DNA of 64,000 nucleotides from Haliotis rubra (Eukaryota), in contig NW_025767357.1 of NCBI RefSeq assembly GCF_003918875.1, positions 1,054,001 through 1,118,000 on the forward strand. The letters are read 5' to 3'. Positions within the stretch are counted from its first letter, which is position 1. Each line of letters starts with the position of its first letter. The notes under the pieces are model-generated. The model was not told where the DNA came from, ran no database searches, and saw only the letters and a program-made list of their open reading frames with translations. A program made the position numbers and the translations under genes. Below, piece after piece: positions 1 through 12,889 of the stretch.

Positions 1-366
1 AAGTAACGAGAGAATACTCGAAGCAACGAGAAATAACTGAAGCAACGAGTAATTTCACTGAAAAAAGTATGGGCTAAAAGTGACAACATTAGGCTTTTGT
101 TCTCTTTAGCTGCGTTAGGCTAATTAACAAGCAAGTTACCTCATGGGGCTGACACACTGCTATTTTGTCGCAGTTTGTCATGTTCATCATGTCAACACAG
201 GCAGCACACTTCAGTAGTTGAGTTTCTGTGAACAGGAAAGTATGAAATATCAATAATGTTTTATTGCCTGGAGGTGTGAACAGGGTCTTATGGAATTGTC
301 TTTAGTCTCATAGCAACATTTCACATTTTGGTTTGCGTTAACCTTGCAAGGTTGCGGTTAACTTAC

Positions 367-3300
367 CATGGCCACCACAAAGGAAGTTGTTACAGAAGTC
401 GTCTTCACAGCACTCCTCACAGGCGTGGACAGCCATGCTCTGTCGTCTCCTCCTCCCAATTAGGGGTTGACCAGTTGTCCGTGACTGACCTGCACGTCGT
501 TGTTCTATCTCCGCAGCACTGACCGTGAACCCGGCCGTGGAACAGATCTGAAGATGCAAGCTAAGAAAGTCGTTCCTTCTGCATACCGGGGAGGATGATA
601 TTCATTGTCATGGTTCCAATCTGGAGGAACCCATCTGGCATTTTGGGGGAGAAGACATCTCAGGAATCTTTCTCATGTGTGTTCCATTGTGAATTCATGA
701 TCGATTTTGTGTCGTCATTGTTCATGCTTTCAGGTTTTCTGGTTATATTATGCTTCCATTTTTGTGGAAGCCGCGATGGCTGAGTGGGTTAGGCGGCTGA
801 CATTGTGTGATGGCCATTAGAGTGTGGGTTCGAATCCCGGATGGCACTCAACCCAACAAAAGTACCAGAATCTGTACTTCACGAAGAAAGTGTAATCCCA
901 AATATAACATATGTTATATACTATACTATGTCATAGTATGACCCGCTTTTATTAGTGCCAGAATTCACTGTGCAGAGTTACGTCCCTTAGTTGTGCCAGG
1001 AACCTTTGATCTTGCCGCATGACCCTTAATTATCTTTCATATATGGTTTGAAATTAAATTTATACTTACCGACGCCAGTTTACAGCCGAGGTCATAGAAC
1101 ACAAAACCGTCCGACGTGACATACTGCTCGGACATGCATATCTGGAGGCAAGACAAGCGTTACTATCATCATATGAATACATTGTGACTAAACACTTATA
1201 AGCCTGAAGTATATGACTTTACGGTGTCATAGCTGTTACCACTGTGCCACAAATAGACAACTTGTCAAAGCAGTTTGATGTTGTTTGATGCTTAAAGAGA
1301 CATGCATATAATACGCCAAAGCCAGAGAATAAACAGTCTCGTCTATCCACCGAAATAGAATCCACTCTTCGTAAAGGGCAAAACAGCCGCACGAAGAGTA
1401 TGAGTGGATCAGAAAGTAAAACCTCAATTTTCCAGATTAAATAATGTACAGGTGTAAATAGCCATACGCATTTTAGGTCGGAGAAATACGCATGCAGCGT
1501 ATTCATAATAATTATATAGAGTGCTAATAATTTGGGATAAAAAGGCTATAAATGTTGTATCGTATGATAAAATATAATCTAGTTGAAGTATGAAAGAAGT
1601 GCTAAAAGGAGACATAATGATGCTAAAGTATGGACGAAAAGCTATGAGGAGATACCATGCAGCCAATGTATGGCCAAAAACTATGAGATATAATTTGTTG
1701 AAGTATGAAAGAAGTGGTATGAGAAGATATAATGAAGCTAAAGTATGGAAGAAGTGCTAAAAGTGGGTGATATGTAGCAAATGTGTGGACAAAAAGCTTT
1801 GAGAAGATATAATGTAGCTACATTATTTGGAAAAGTCCTAAAAGTGGGTGATATGTAGCAAATGTATGGACCAAAAGCTTTGAGAAGATATAATGTAGCT
1901 ACATTATTTGGAAAAGTGCTAAAAGTGGGTGTTATGTAGCAAATGTCTGGAGCAGAAGCTATGAGAAGATATAATGTAGCTATTTTTTGGAAAAGTGCTA
2001 AAAGTTGGTGTTATGTAGCAAATGTCTGGAGCAGAAGCTATGAAAAGATATAATGTAGCTACATTATTTGGAAAAGTTCTAAAAGTGGGTGATATGTAGC
2101 AAATTTGTGGACCAAACGTTTTGAGAAGATATAATGTAGCAAAATTATTTGGAAAAGAGCTAAAAGTGGGTGATATGTAGCAAATGTGTGGACAAAAAGC
2201 TTTGAGAAGATATAATGTAGCTACATTATTTGGAAAAGTTCTAAAAGTGGGTGATATGTAGAAAATTTGTGGACCAAAAGCTTTGAGAAGATATAATGTA
2301 GCAATATTTTTGGGAAAAGTGCTAAAAGTGGGTGTTATGTAGCAAATGTATGGACCAAAAGCTTTGAGAAGATATAATGTAGCAAAAGTATGGAAGAGGT
2401 GAGGAGTTGCAATGTAAGTTACGAATACAGTATAATTTAGAATGACAAGGCGTTTTGTGACATGTATAATTGTACCTAATATAGCATACAAATTGTATAA
2501 AATAAACAATATGGCGCATGTGTTTTGCACACAATCAGGTAGTACGACTGCATGTATGATAAAGAGTGTATACGTTAGTGTATACTTGATATGAGATCTG
2601 TTATCTGTTAAGGATGTGTATTTGGACATCAGGTTGTACGCATCAACCTGCATTGTTCTTACCTCACCCGGTGAACACAACACACTTGTTACACAGTCGT
2701 CGGGACTTGCAACTCGTTCACACTTTAAACAGTGAGCCTGAGTCGTTGGCGCTGTATGGAGTAAAAACATGCAAAAACAATTTCAAGTTTCAACAAAATT
2801 TTTACATTTCCAATTAATTACGTTCTGGGTTGTTTGTAAGAATGTACATGTGAGTTTCATAATGAAATCCGTGTTTTAAAATACGTTCATTCATGTCCTT
2901 TACTATTTTCGTAAAATATTTCGGAGATTATAATAATAATGGTTTAGCCCTTGATCACATGGACATCCAAGTTAATAGTACCACAGTCATACAATTACCA
3001 TAGCCTAGTAATCATGAACATAATGATGAATCACCTTAAAAGCAACAATGAACTGGTTTTAAATTTAAGTCAATGTCGCTAAGGGTCTCTCTAATTATCA
3101 AACATAAGCAATAACGTCGCCCATGTATGTTTTCTTCGGACATGTATATAATATATAACTAGTGCGACATGTATTCACATACGTTTATCACGACATCCGA
3201 TCGTTCTTAGTGTTAAAAAGGTAGGAGCCGGTTTATTATATAGCGTCGTATTGATGATAGATAACTGCTAGACTTGTTGAAGTGAGTGAGTGAGTTTAGT

Positions 3301-5772
3301 TTTACGCCGCCTGTAGCAATATACAGCAATATCACGGTGGGGACACCACAAATGGGCTTCACATATTGCACCCATGTGGGGAATCGAACCCGGGTCTTCA
3401 GCGTGACGAACGAACGCTTTACCCAGTAGGCTAACCCACCGCCCCTAGGTTTGTTGTCGATGTACAGTTACACAAACCTCGTTGTGATTGCCATACCACA
3501 ACAAATAATGTTATCATGAGATGTATAGACATGTAACATATGTTATATTTGGGATTACACTTTCTCAGTAAAGTATAGATTCTAGTTCTTTTGTTGGTTG
3601 AGTCCCATCCAGGATTCGAACCCACACTCTCAGAGCCAGGCACGTAATAGCCATCCCGCAAAGTCAACCATCTAACCCACTCAGTACTAGAATCTCTACT
3701 TTACTGAGAAAGTGTAATCCCAAATATAACTCTTTCTAAATGGCATTGTGTATTCACGTGCATAGACATGTTAACATATTGTACAACAGCCAATATACTG
3801 ATAAACTTATATCTCTTCTTTGTTGAGTGAAAGAGAGAGTTTTATTCAGTAAAGGGGCCACAGGCCCATTATACATCAGGTGTACAGAATATACAATCAT
3901 TAGAGCACCGTACAACATCATGAGAGCTGCACAATTATACATTTGTGGGTACGAAGACTGAAAGAAATTTATTTCGTTTTTCATGGCAAAAAATAGATAT
4001 TTTGCAAAACAATTTATAATATAAGTATTCTTTGATGTAAACAACTGAGCTAATTTCACTTCAGATGCATATATGTGATAATATTTAGGGAGGATATCAT
4101 TTCTTAATTTCCCATAAAAAGGGCATTCCAGGCAAAAGTGATATTCATTTTCTATGTTAGGTATGATACAAAGCGGGCACTCAACTTTGTTGAGTTGTCC
4201 ATATATTTCTTTGGTTGTGTTTTCTTTGTAATATTCCAACTGTACAGAAAAATGGAACTAGAACCAGTCAGTCGAGTGATTGACATCATGAGCATAGTTC
4301 AACGAAATTGGGATACTATGACATGTGCCACCACGTCAGCGAGCCTGACCACCCGATCCCGTTAGTCTCCTGATGACCATCCTAACCAGTATCTTCATAC
4401 ATGATGCCTATAAAGATCCACGATAGAGTAAAATTTTAACCTAACCTTACCACCCGTGAAGTTCGGGGTAGAATTGGTTTTCAGTAATCCATGCTTGTCG
4501 TAAGAGGCAACTAACGGGATCACTTACTTGGTTGACACATGTCATCGATCGATGTTCATGCTGTTGATCACTGGATTGTCTTGTACAGACTCGATTATTT
4601 ACAGACCGCCGACATATAGCTGGACTATTGCTGAGTGCGGCGTAAAACATTACTCACTCACTCACTCACTTTAACCTTACCGGTGTTGTTGGTAAGGTCA
4701 CCGAAACCATGACGGACACAGCTGAAGAGGCATACCAGCGCTACAAAAATATATGTTTCAAATTTCTGTGAAAATATATTCAATGTGTCATTTAAAATTT
4801 TCAAATATGTATAATGTTCCTGTATTTCCATTCAGTGGTCAGGGCTTTCTTCTGAAATGTCACGATTGTAGTCCAATTTGAATTACTTTCAACAAAACAC
4901 ATTTTGTAAAACGAGAAAAGACGTGTGTCTGAAACTGAAAAACACCAAAATGAGACCAAACCAAGAGCAGTTATATAAGCATCCATCACTGCAAATATAG
5001 CATGTCCAGCCACAGTACCAACATGAGAATATCACAACATATGTTATGAGTGAGTGAGTATAATTTTACGCCGTTTTAGCAATATTCCAGCAACATCACG
5101 GCGGGGGACACCAGAAATGGGCTTCACACATTGTACCCATGTGGGGATTCGAACCCAGGTCTTCGGCATGTCCAGCTTAACCATTAGGCTACCCGCATAT
5201 GTTATGAAGTATGATATGTAGTACAATACGTTTGGAAAATGCACCTTTAATAAACACGATACCTTATTTACCTGTTACTACCCATCAAAAGTTTAGACTC
5301 ACTTAAAGCACTCACTATATGTTATGTATATGTATGTGGTTACATCGAAGATGAATTTCTCCACCAACTTGGGGGAACCAACTGAAAACCTTATGCAGAT
5401 GAATTGCACAAGGATGATGCTTCAAATTGCGAAAGGCATGAGCAAATGTCGTGCATGTGAACAGATTCGTTTTGGTGTAAAGTTTTGTTAAGAATTCGCC
5501 AATTTTCACAGATTTTAATCATTTACTGAACTCATGACAATAATCTTTTCAATGTTACGAATATGTTTTACAATACACCAGTTCATAACTAAACAGTACC
5601 TTTAAACAGTATGGAATATTTTGCAAAAAGCTAGTTTAGAACAGTGGACAAGTAAGTGGCTACATTTACACTAGTGAGTCTAAACTTTTGATGGGTAGTA
5701 TATATCAAGATCAGCAATGATAAAATATTAATTGGAAAACAGGTACTTACAAACAACCACCTTCAGGAGCAT
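367..5772 (-). CDS. Secreted cysteine-rich Ly6/uPAR (three-finger)-like protein, 5' part; the gene continues beyond the left edge
   Basis: Hand-spliced exons 5772-5751, 4740-4681, 2751-2663, 1141-1070 and 547-367 all have GT/AG boundaries and compatible phases (1,1,0,0,1). They give MLLKVVVSLVCLFSCVRHGFG (signal-peptide-like) DLTNNTAPTTQAHCLKC...C...C...C...C...C...GRRRR...CEECCEDDFCNNFLC. CxxC at the start and CCxxxxCN at the end are LU-domain hallmarks. Confidence 0.8.
765..917 (+). mobile_element. tRNA-derived SINE family C (long-variable-arm tRNA-like head)
   Basis: A box (TGGCTGAGTGG) and B box (GGTTCGAATCC) are followed by a body ending AAAGTGTAATCCCAAATATAACATATGTTA. A second copy lies at about 3533-3690 on the minus strand. 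Confidence 0.6.
1560..2400. repeat. Intronic minisatellite, about 81-bp unit
   Basis: The motif GAAAAGTGCTAAAAGTGGGTGATATGTAGCAAAT...GAGAAGATATAATGTAGC recurs at 81-bp spacing (1754, 1835, 1916...) and decays towards 1560. Confidence 0.9.
3281..3445 (-). mobile_element. SINE family A (tRNA-Asp-like head, (ACTC)n tail)
   Basis: Matches the consensus GGGGCGGTGGGGTAGCCTAGTGGTTAAAGCGTTCGCTCGTCACGCCGAAGACCCGGGTTCGATTCCCCACATGGG...AATATTGCTAAAAGCGGCGTAAAA, seen more than 25 times in the window. Confidence 0.85.
3533..3690 (-). mobile_element. SINE family C copy
   Basis: Reverse-complement match to 765-917. Confidence 0.55.
3930..4240 (-). mobile_element. LINE ORF2 C-terminal fragment (zinc-knuckle region)
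   Basis: CPLC...IENEYHFCLECPFYGKLR is the typical CCHC C-terminus of non-LTR retrotransposon ORF2. Confidence 0.7.
4452..4670 (+). mobile_element. SINE family B (no tRNA head, Meta-like core, 3' tail shared with family A)
   Basis: ACCCGTGAAG...CATGCTTGTCGTAAGAGGC.ACTAACGGG...GCTGAGTGCGGCGTAAAAC(ACTC)n. Confidence 0.8.
5278..5698. mobile_element. Tc1/mariner-type MITE
   Basis: Perfect 26-bp TIR CTACCCATCAAAAGTTTAGACTCACT, flanked by TA on both sides. Confidence 0.85.
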
Positions 5773-6443
5773 ATTTCCAGACTGATACAGGGACCTAGTC
5801 TCTGAAATGGTTGCCCTAGAGTGAAGAATGTGGTGCTGAAAAACAGCTGGCGTGACCTACACAGTGCTGGGATCGACTGGAAATTAGGATTGATAAGAAA
5901 TCAAATGTCCTTATATAAATGAATGGCATTTTGGCCTAGGAACGTGAGAATGAAGATTTATGAACGTTCCCAGTGAAGGTTTTGCAAATTGTTCTGGAGA
6001 ATATGTTATCTTTAATGTTTTATTACAATTCGAAAACTACAAAATATTTATTTGACAGAAATATCGGGTAGAAGGCATTTGCTTCGCGCATTTTAAATAT
6101 AAACTTTGCATGTTTCGACAGATAATTCTCAGGAATTCTCAGGAATTCTCAGAAATCTCAGAAACAGATCGATTTGATATAAACGACTGAACACCGGTGA
6201 AAGTTATATGAACTGAAACTGTAAATCGGGAAGACCAACAGGTGTGTCATATAAGAAATATGTCTTGCTTCAGCTTCTCACTTTTTAAAAAAGTGTCTTT
6301 TACCGTGAATGAAGACAAAGGTCCCCCAGTGGTGAGAGCTCCCGGTAGAGCAGAACGTGTTTACTCGTGGGTGAACACCTGGTGTCATCATGGAGTATTG
6401 CAGGTCAATATAAGCGATAAACTCTTCCCATGATAAGATGACT

Positions 6444-6549
6444 CACATGGGTACAATGTGTGAAGCCCATTTCTGGTGTCCCCCGCCGTGATATAGCTGG
6501 AATATTGCTAAAAGCGGCGTAAAACTAAACTCACTCACTCACTCACTCA
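6444..6549 (+). mobile_element. 5'-truncated SINE family A with TSD
   Basis: 3' half of the family A consensus, flanked by the direct repeat CATGATAAGATGA. Confidence 0.8.
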
Positions 6550-6709
6550 TGATAAGATGAATGTCCGAGTCCTAATACAACATGAGAACGTAAACCACTG
6601 TGAAAGAGTGATGGTACCATGGTTTTGGGTATCCTGCTCCACCAGTTTAACCGAATCACTACACTCTAAGGGAGGCAAGACGGTTCACATAAACACATAT
6701 CATGCATGT

Positions 6710-6917
6710 TAGACTGACGTTTAGTCTTTGAATGTATATAATTTTGATAGTAACAAATAAATCCGTTTAAATTGAGAAGGAGTCCCAGTGAGGTGGTAAA
6801 TCCTGAACCTGGGGTAATCTAGACTTGCTTCATTTAGGGCTTTATCATTGCTAGGGCTAGGCAGTAGGGCTAGGCAGTAGGTAAAAAAATGTGGTTCAGG
6901 GACTGTGAGACAGACTA
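6710..6917. mobile_element. Academ-like non-autonomous DNA transposon
   Basis: TAGACT...AGACTA termini, a degenerate 9-bp TSD (CATGCATGT/CAGGCACGT), and homology to 22819-23016. Confidence 0.65.
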
Positions 6918-7233
6918 CAGGCACGTCCGAATAGGGAATTACATCAGTATCATTTTGCCACTGATGGGTTTTATTATCAAATGTCCCAACCATGTCTAGA
7001 AGGAAACTTTTGGGAACCTTTACTAAGATTTTGAATATTTGTTTGAACCCTGATCAAATACATCTGCGAAAAAGTCGCTTTTAAAATCGACAGAATGTTT
7101 GATTGTACCTCAGTTGTGAAATGGACAATGGACAGGTTAAAGTCCGGTTTTCATTTTTGATGTTTTAATGAAATTATCAATTTAAATCTTGCTGAATGAA
7201 AAGATTAATGTACTTATGTCTTGTATTTTTCAG

Positions 7234-7400
7234 GTTTCTACGCAAACCATTCATTGAGGGCAACTTGTGCATTACGACTATTCAACAACGGGGTGGATGA
7301 GCAGTTGATCGCACGAACCACTGGGCACAGAAGCAATGCAATCAGGGAGTACAAACGTGTTAACGAGCAACAACAGGTGATGGTGAGCAACATCCTGAAC
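7234..7400 (+). mobile_element. Crypton-type tyrosine recombinase C-terminal exon fragment
   Basis: NHSLRATCALRLF...GVDEQLI...TGHRS.AIREYKR carries the HxxR, H and Y catalytic motifs. A polypyrimidine-AG acceptor at 7233 precedes it. Confidence 0.75.
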
Positions 7401-8573
7401 CGCGGCAGAAACGGGGTTATGAATCCAGGGCGACGTCCACGACGACCACATGTGACGCTGGGTCTCTGGAATTTACGGTCAGTGTGAAGGTTGCAAAAAT
7501 GTAATTCCCGAAATAAAGTTGATTTGATGTTTTGCATTTCCGTGTCTCTTTAAGAAGCAGAGGCGAACAGACGTCTATCTTTCCTAATATGTATATAATT
7601 GAAAAATGTATGCATGTAAATATTAGGGAGCGGGTATTTTAAGTTGGATTACTTGTCCCCAATCCCTTTCACATTTGTGAATAAAATATGTTTAAATCAA
7701 TTAGTAGTCCCCATAGTATAACCAATATTTCGGTTGGCTATACTACACCCGAGAACAAAACAGTCGAAGTGTAAGTTGAAATATTCCCCTCTTGTCTTGT
7801 CTTGGGGATATGTTTCTAACTCTGAATTTGTTTTTAGAAATCGTTTACACTTCTCATAAGTACGACATTGGTTGGTTTACTATTACTGAACGATAGCAGA
7901 CCATCGCAGACAGATGTTTAAGGTAAACTCAGTAATGCCCAGTACAAAATCCGATTCCTTTTCCTTTCTTGTAACCATGACACCGACTTTACTGGAACCA
8001 GACCCAATACAATGACGCTGGCAGTTCGCTGCCACCTTTCCATTATTCTACTCAACAGTGGAATTCCGAAGTGGAGTTCGGTTTTCCTGACATCCATTAC
8101 GGTCGGTGACTGACCCTGAGGAAGCATTTGGGCACGTCTCACGCTTTAAAAATGCCACCTAGGCAATGCACTTTAATAATGTATTTGAACATAGAAAAGC
8201 AGAAAAGTGCTTGTGCACCATAATTAAGGGCTTGACCACACCCAGCCAACTAACTTTTCGGAAAAATTTCCATTTGTTGACATTCATAAAATAAAAACAT
8301 AATTTAATAAATACTTCGAACGCTTCAGGGGACAGTGATATCAATATTTTGTCAAAGAATAACATTATTTTTAGATCTCGTAATTCTAAATATACACCTT
8401 TACACCCACGTGCAAATAAATTTGTCTTTTTATCTGATAAATACACAAGAATAGATATTATCTCCGTTGTTTTGTCAGAGTAAGCACGACTATGATAGAC
8501 GCGACATACATTTGTCTCAGTACTTTACAAACGGATATAGGGAAAAAATTCGAGGTTTTGTTCGCCATGTTGG

Positions 8574-8806
8574 AGTTAGTGAGTGAGTTTAGTTTTACGC
8601 CTCACTCAGCAATATTCCAGCTATATGGCTGCGGTTTGTAAAATAATCGAGTCTGGACCAGACAATCCAGTGATCAATAGCATGAGCATCGATCTACGCA
8701 ATTGGGATACGATGACATGTGTCAACCAAGTCAGCGAGTCCCGTTAATCGCCCTTACAACAAGCATAGGTTACTGAAGACCAATTCTAACCCGGATCTTC
8801 ACGGGT
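8574..8806 (-). mobile_element. SINE family B
   Basis: Reverse-complement match to the family B consensus. Confidence 0.8.
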
Positions 8807-9290
8807 TGAAGCAATGTGTGAATCGTACTTTTGGTGTCGGAATATTGCTTCCAGCGGCGTACAATCATATTCACCCAGGTCAAAGATATAAACTCTATAA
8901 CTCAATGATAGATTATTCTCAGGACCAGACAGCCCCGTGATTGATGTTATGAGCCAGCTGCCGGGGCACTAGGCATAAAGTGACAAAGTCTTATATATAT
9001 ATCAACATTCATCTATCACTACCCAATCACTTTACATAAGTAAAAACTCAGCAACAGTAATGTGCCTCGATACTCGAGCACGGCTGTCAATAACGTTTAG
9101 AAAATAGTTACTTCCATCAGACCAATCACCATCAGACCAATCAACCCTAAGCCATGTCCTCAAGTTGCGATATTTTGCCTGTGTATGTAAGACAGGAAGG
9201 GGCGTCTGATCGGACGACCACCACTTCACCCACCTTCTGATGTACTGGTTGAGAGTCACGCGTTTTCTCACAGATAGACTTGTGGTTAAT

Positions 9291-9459
9291 GGGGTCGGTG
9301 GTGTAGTCCAATGGTTAAAGCGTTCGCTCGTACCGCCGTAGACCCGGGTTCGATTCTCCACATGAGTACAAAGTGTGAAGCCCATTCCTGGTGTCCCCCG
9401 CCGTGATATTGCTTGAATATTGCTATAAGAGGAGTAAAGCCATTCTCAATCACTCACTC
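9291..9459 (+). mobile_element. SINE family A
   Basis: Match to the family A consensus. Confidence 0.8.
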
Positions 9460-9692
9460 CAGACCTAGCGGCCAACACCAGCAGGAGCCGATATATTTGC
9501 TTCAGTATGCCGTTGTTGAGGATCCTTGGTAATTCCTAGACGAGTCCATCGAAGATCACCTGTCAGCTTAGGATCTCAGCTAAGGCCTATTTTTGTAAGC
9601 TTGGCAACTGCAGACACGTCAATAATACCATCACTACCTTTATAACATATTGGCATTGAACTGCTCGCTCACTCAACGTCTTGCCTTGTTAA

Positions 9693-10524
9693 AGGTCACA
9701 TGCAACCAAAGAAACAAACATAATTAAAACACAATTATCACTTATTCATGACATATAATATACATTTCTGATTATGAAAAAAACAAATAAACAAACTTTT
9801 AAGCGTACAATCGCAAATCAAAAGTGCAATATTTTGTACTTGGGTTTACTTCCCTCGAAACGAACCACTCGGGATACCGAACCCAGTCAGAGCGGGTGGG
9901 CGTGCCCTTAAGTGCAGCGAAGGCTTTCATTGGCTGGTTCATTTGCCGATACACTTTTTGTGTGCGTATAGAGATGTTGGGTTTTGTAAATACATGCTCA
10001 GTTTTTGTGTATAACAGTTCGCAATCAACAGACACCATAACTTGTCATGTGTACAAGTATCACACCTGCCTGCCTGTGTAATTACATATTGTGACAGAGA
10101 CAGAACTCGGGTGCACGAGCCATAAATCAATGCGTTTTGTTAATGATGTATGCAAATTGCATGTTGTCAGTGATCGAAGTTGTGTATTGCATATTGTCAT
10201 TAGCAGACAGGCAGGCAGACACATAAATGAAAATAAAACAGGCATTCAGTTTTGTCTGTGACAGAGGCCGGGCTTCCAAGCTGCGAGAACTTATTCACTG
10301 CGCATGCGCTATGAGCACAGTACAGCGCAGCGCAGCACAGCTGTTAAAACCACTTTTCACCCCAGCTGGGGTGAATTTAGTGAATCGTTTGAACTCCGAT
10401 TTCGAGGGGGCTTTTTCATCGCGTTATTTTTCAACTTTATAAGATGAATTTGTATTTTTGATCATTTCTTACTGTAAGTCCATTCCGAAAGGTGCAAAGT
10501 TGTGTTTTACGTAGCATGCGACCT
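9693..10524. mobile_element. Kolobok-like non-autonomous DNA transposon
   Basis: TIR AGGTCACATGCAAC / GTAGCATGCGACCT (12/14 match), flanked by TTAA and TTAG. Confidence 0.65.
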
Positions 10525-10643
10525 TTAGGAAAAGTACTGTTTTTGTACTGTCGTCATTTATATCAGTTCAGAAAACGACAATGCACATACTGCTAGTATA
10601 TAAAACTTATACCCATATGTGTCTGCCGCTTTCACGGCATGTT

Positions 10644-10795
10644 GGGCGGTAGGGTAGCCTAGTGGTTAAAGAGTCCGCCGAAGACCCGGGTTCGATTCTC
10701 CACACGGATACAATGTGTGAAGCCCATTTCTGGTGTCCTTCACCGTGATATTGCTGGAATATTGCTAAAAGCGGCGTAAAACCATACTCACTCAC
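10644..10795 (+). mobile_element. SINE family A
   Basis: Consensus match, with TSD TTTCAC(G/A)GCATGT. Confidence 0.8.
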
Positions 10796-10939
10796 TTTCA
10801 CAGCATGTGAACATGCAACCCAAAGCTATTGAGATATTGCGTGAAGCAGGTGCTTAACCTGTGCATTCCAATATGCTAGGGTTTGATGGTATGTTTGGAC
10901 CACAGTATCAAATACTGCTCTTGGATTCAGGTGATGCTT

Positions 10940-11112
10940 GGGGTGGTGGGGTAGCCTAGTGGTTGAAGCGTTGGTTCGTCACGCCGAAGACCCGGGTTCG
11001 AATCCCCACATGGGTACAATGTGTGAAGCCCATTTCTGGTGTCCCTCGCCGTGATGTTGCTGGAATATTGCTAAAAGCGGCGTAAAACCAAACTCAGTCA
11101 GTCAGTCAGTCA
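10940..11112 (+). mobile_element. SINE family A, (CAGT)n-tail subfamily
   Basis: Consensus match with a CAGTCAGT tail and TSD TGATGCTT. Confidence 0.85.
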
Positions 11113-11921
11113 GATGATGCTTATTTAATACTCATGCATATATTTTACTTTCACAGCGGAAGAGCAAAAGCAGCTACATAGATGATATCTTATACTGAAC
11201 TGAATACACTTGAGAATGTTTGAAAATCAGGACGATATGTTTGCCGTAATGTTTATTAGCATTCGTGAAATCCCGGAACGAGCCGCACGGCGACTCGGAT
11301 CCACTCGTGACCTCTCGACTTATTGCGTTAAACCAAATAGCTTCTTGTGCACCCTGATGCGTGAATGGAGACGAGTTAGTCTGCAGGTGCGGCTTGCTCA
11401 GGAAAGGTCAAAATCCTTAAATAAAATCTTATCTGATGTCATGGCTCAACATGCTAGGGAAGCCTAGTTCAAAGTAGTTCTAGAAATAGAACGCCATATC
11501 TCATCATGTGACCATGATAGTCATCTGAAATCTGGGTTAAAATCGAGGAGACACAATTGTTTGTTATGCAAGGGAATACACACCTCATAGTAGGGCGAGA
11601 TGGTTATATGACTGTTCTTTTTTGTGGTATACTCCCCAGGAAGCTGAGAATGAAGATCGAGTGAACTCTAATCCATTGCCCATTGCTTTTAGCATGCTTT
11701 AGGTGTGATTTCGAGCATTCAGATTTGCACATTATTATTACCGATGAGAATATTTAGCAGTTGTTTTGTTTTTATTTTGATAACGTGGAGCAGCATTCTA
11801 GTCATTTGATGCCGCATGAAATGAGCTTTACACACTGTAATCATGTCGACATGAGTATTAATCAAATTTGAATGTGTGTCATTAGTGTGGCTGGTCCCCT
11901 TGGACGTATCACGCTTTCTCC

Positions 11922-12147
11922 GCCCGTGAAGGTCCAGGTATTGGTCTGCAGCAGCCCATGCTTGTCGTAAGAGGCGACTAACAGGATCGGGTGATCAGAC
12001 TCGCTGTCTTGGTTGACACATGTCATCGTATCCCAACTGTATAGATCGATGCTCATGCTGTTGATCACTGGATTGTCTGGTCCAGACTCGAGTATTTACA
12101 GACCGCCTCTTACAGCTGGAATATTGCTGAGTGCGGTGTTAAACAAC
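11922..12147 (+). mobile_element. SINE family B
   Basis: Consensus match. Confidence 0.8.
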
Positions 12148-12388
12148 ACATGAATAAAGAACCAAACATTACGCTTGCTCCGCCCTGGTATAGTCGGTAG
12201 AGTGTCTGCCAGGGCAGTGGGGGACCGACTCTTCGATCCATAGCCGTGACATACTCAAATACGTCAAGATATGGTACTTTTAACCCCGTCCGACATTGTG
12301 GGGATAAAATGGATTCGCCGCCCATATCATGTGCCTTAACAGTTTCTCCATGTTAACCTCGTGCATGGTATCTTGTCGAGTACGTCCA

Positions 12389-12889
12389 GAACCATCCTCG
12401 ATAATCTCCAGGGTATACGTTACGATAACTCTCCACTATACCCTGAATGCATCTACGGCTCGGCCCGATGATTTTATTACTTCCCTTGGTTGGTTATTTA
12501 TCCAATCAGGTGTCTGCGCTGGGAAGTTGAGCGAACCAATCACAACTCACTTTCGCTTTTTAAATTATCTAACCGATTAAACTTGTCACCATAATAATAT
12601 ATTGTTGCAGATACTCTGAAAGAAGGAGTTCTTGAATATATTTTTTAAGGTTTCAGACCTGTCAATTTGTCTGTATGTTTTCCCCGAAATCTGAGTCGCA
12701 CTGCGAACAAACTTTGGCGGCTGCGACCGCTATTTTTGTTGACACTGGCAAGCTCGGTTGTAACGGCGGCTTATCTGATTGGCTACTGTGAGAATGCGGA
12801 GCAGCAAAGGGAGGTAATAAAATCATCGGGCCGTAGATGCATCCAGGGTATAGTGGAGAATTATCGTATCGGAGATTATCGAGGATGGT
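12389..12889. repeat. Long inverted repeat (about 100-bp arms), probable foldback or DNA-transposon relic
   Basis: ACCATCCTCGATAATCTCC...CTCCACTATACCCTGAATGCATCTACGG...CCCGATGATTTTATTAC recurs reverse-complemented at about 12806-12889. Confidence 0.7.

Noticed and set aside
1919-2770. 283-aa ORF with 27-aa repeats
   Set aside because: Only 2751-2663 is a real exon. The rest reads through a GT donor into an intronic 81-bp minisatellite.
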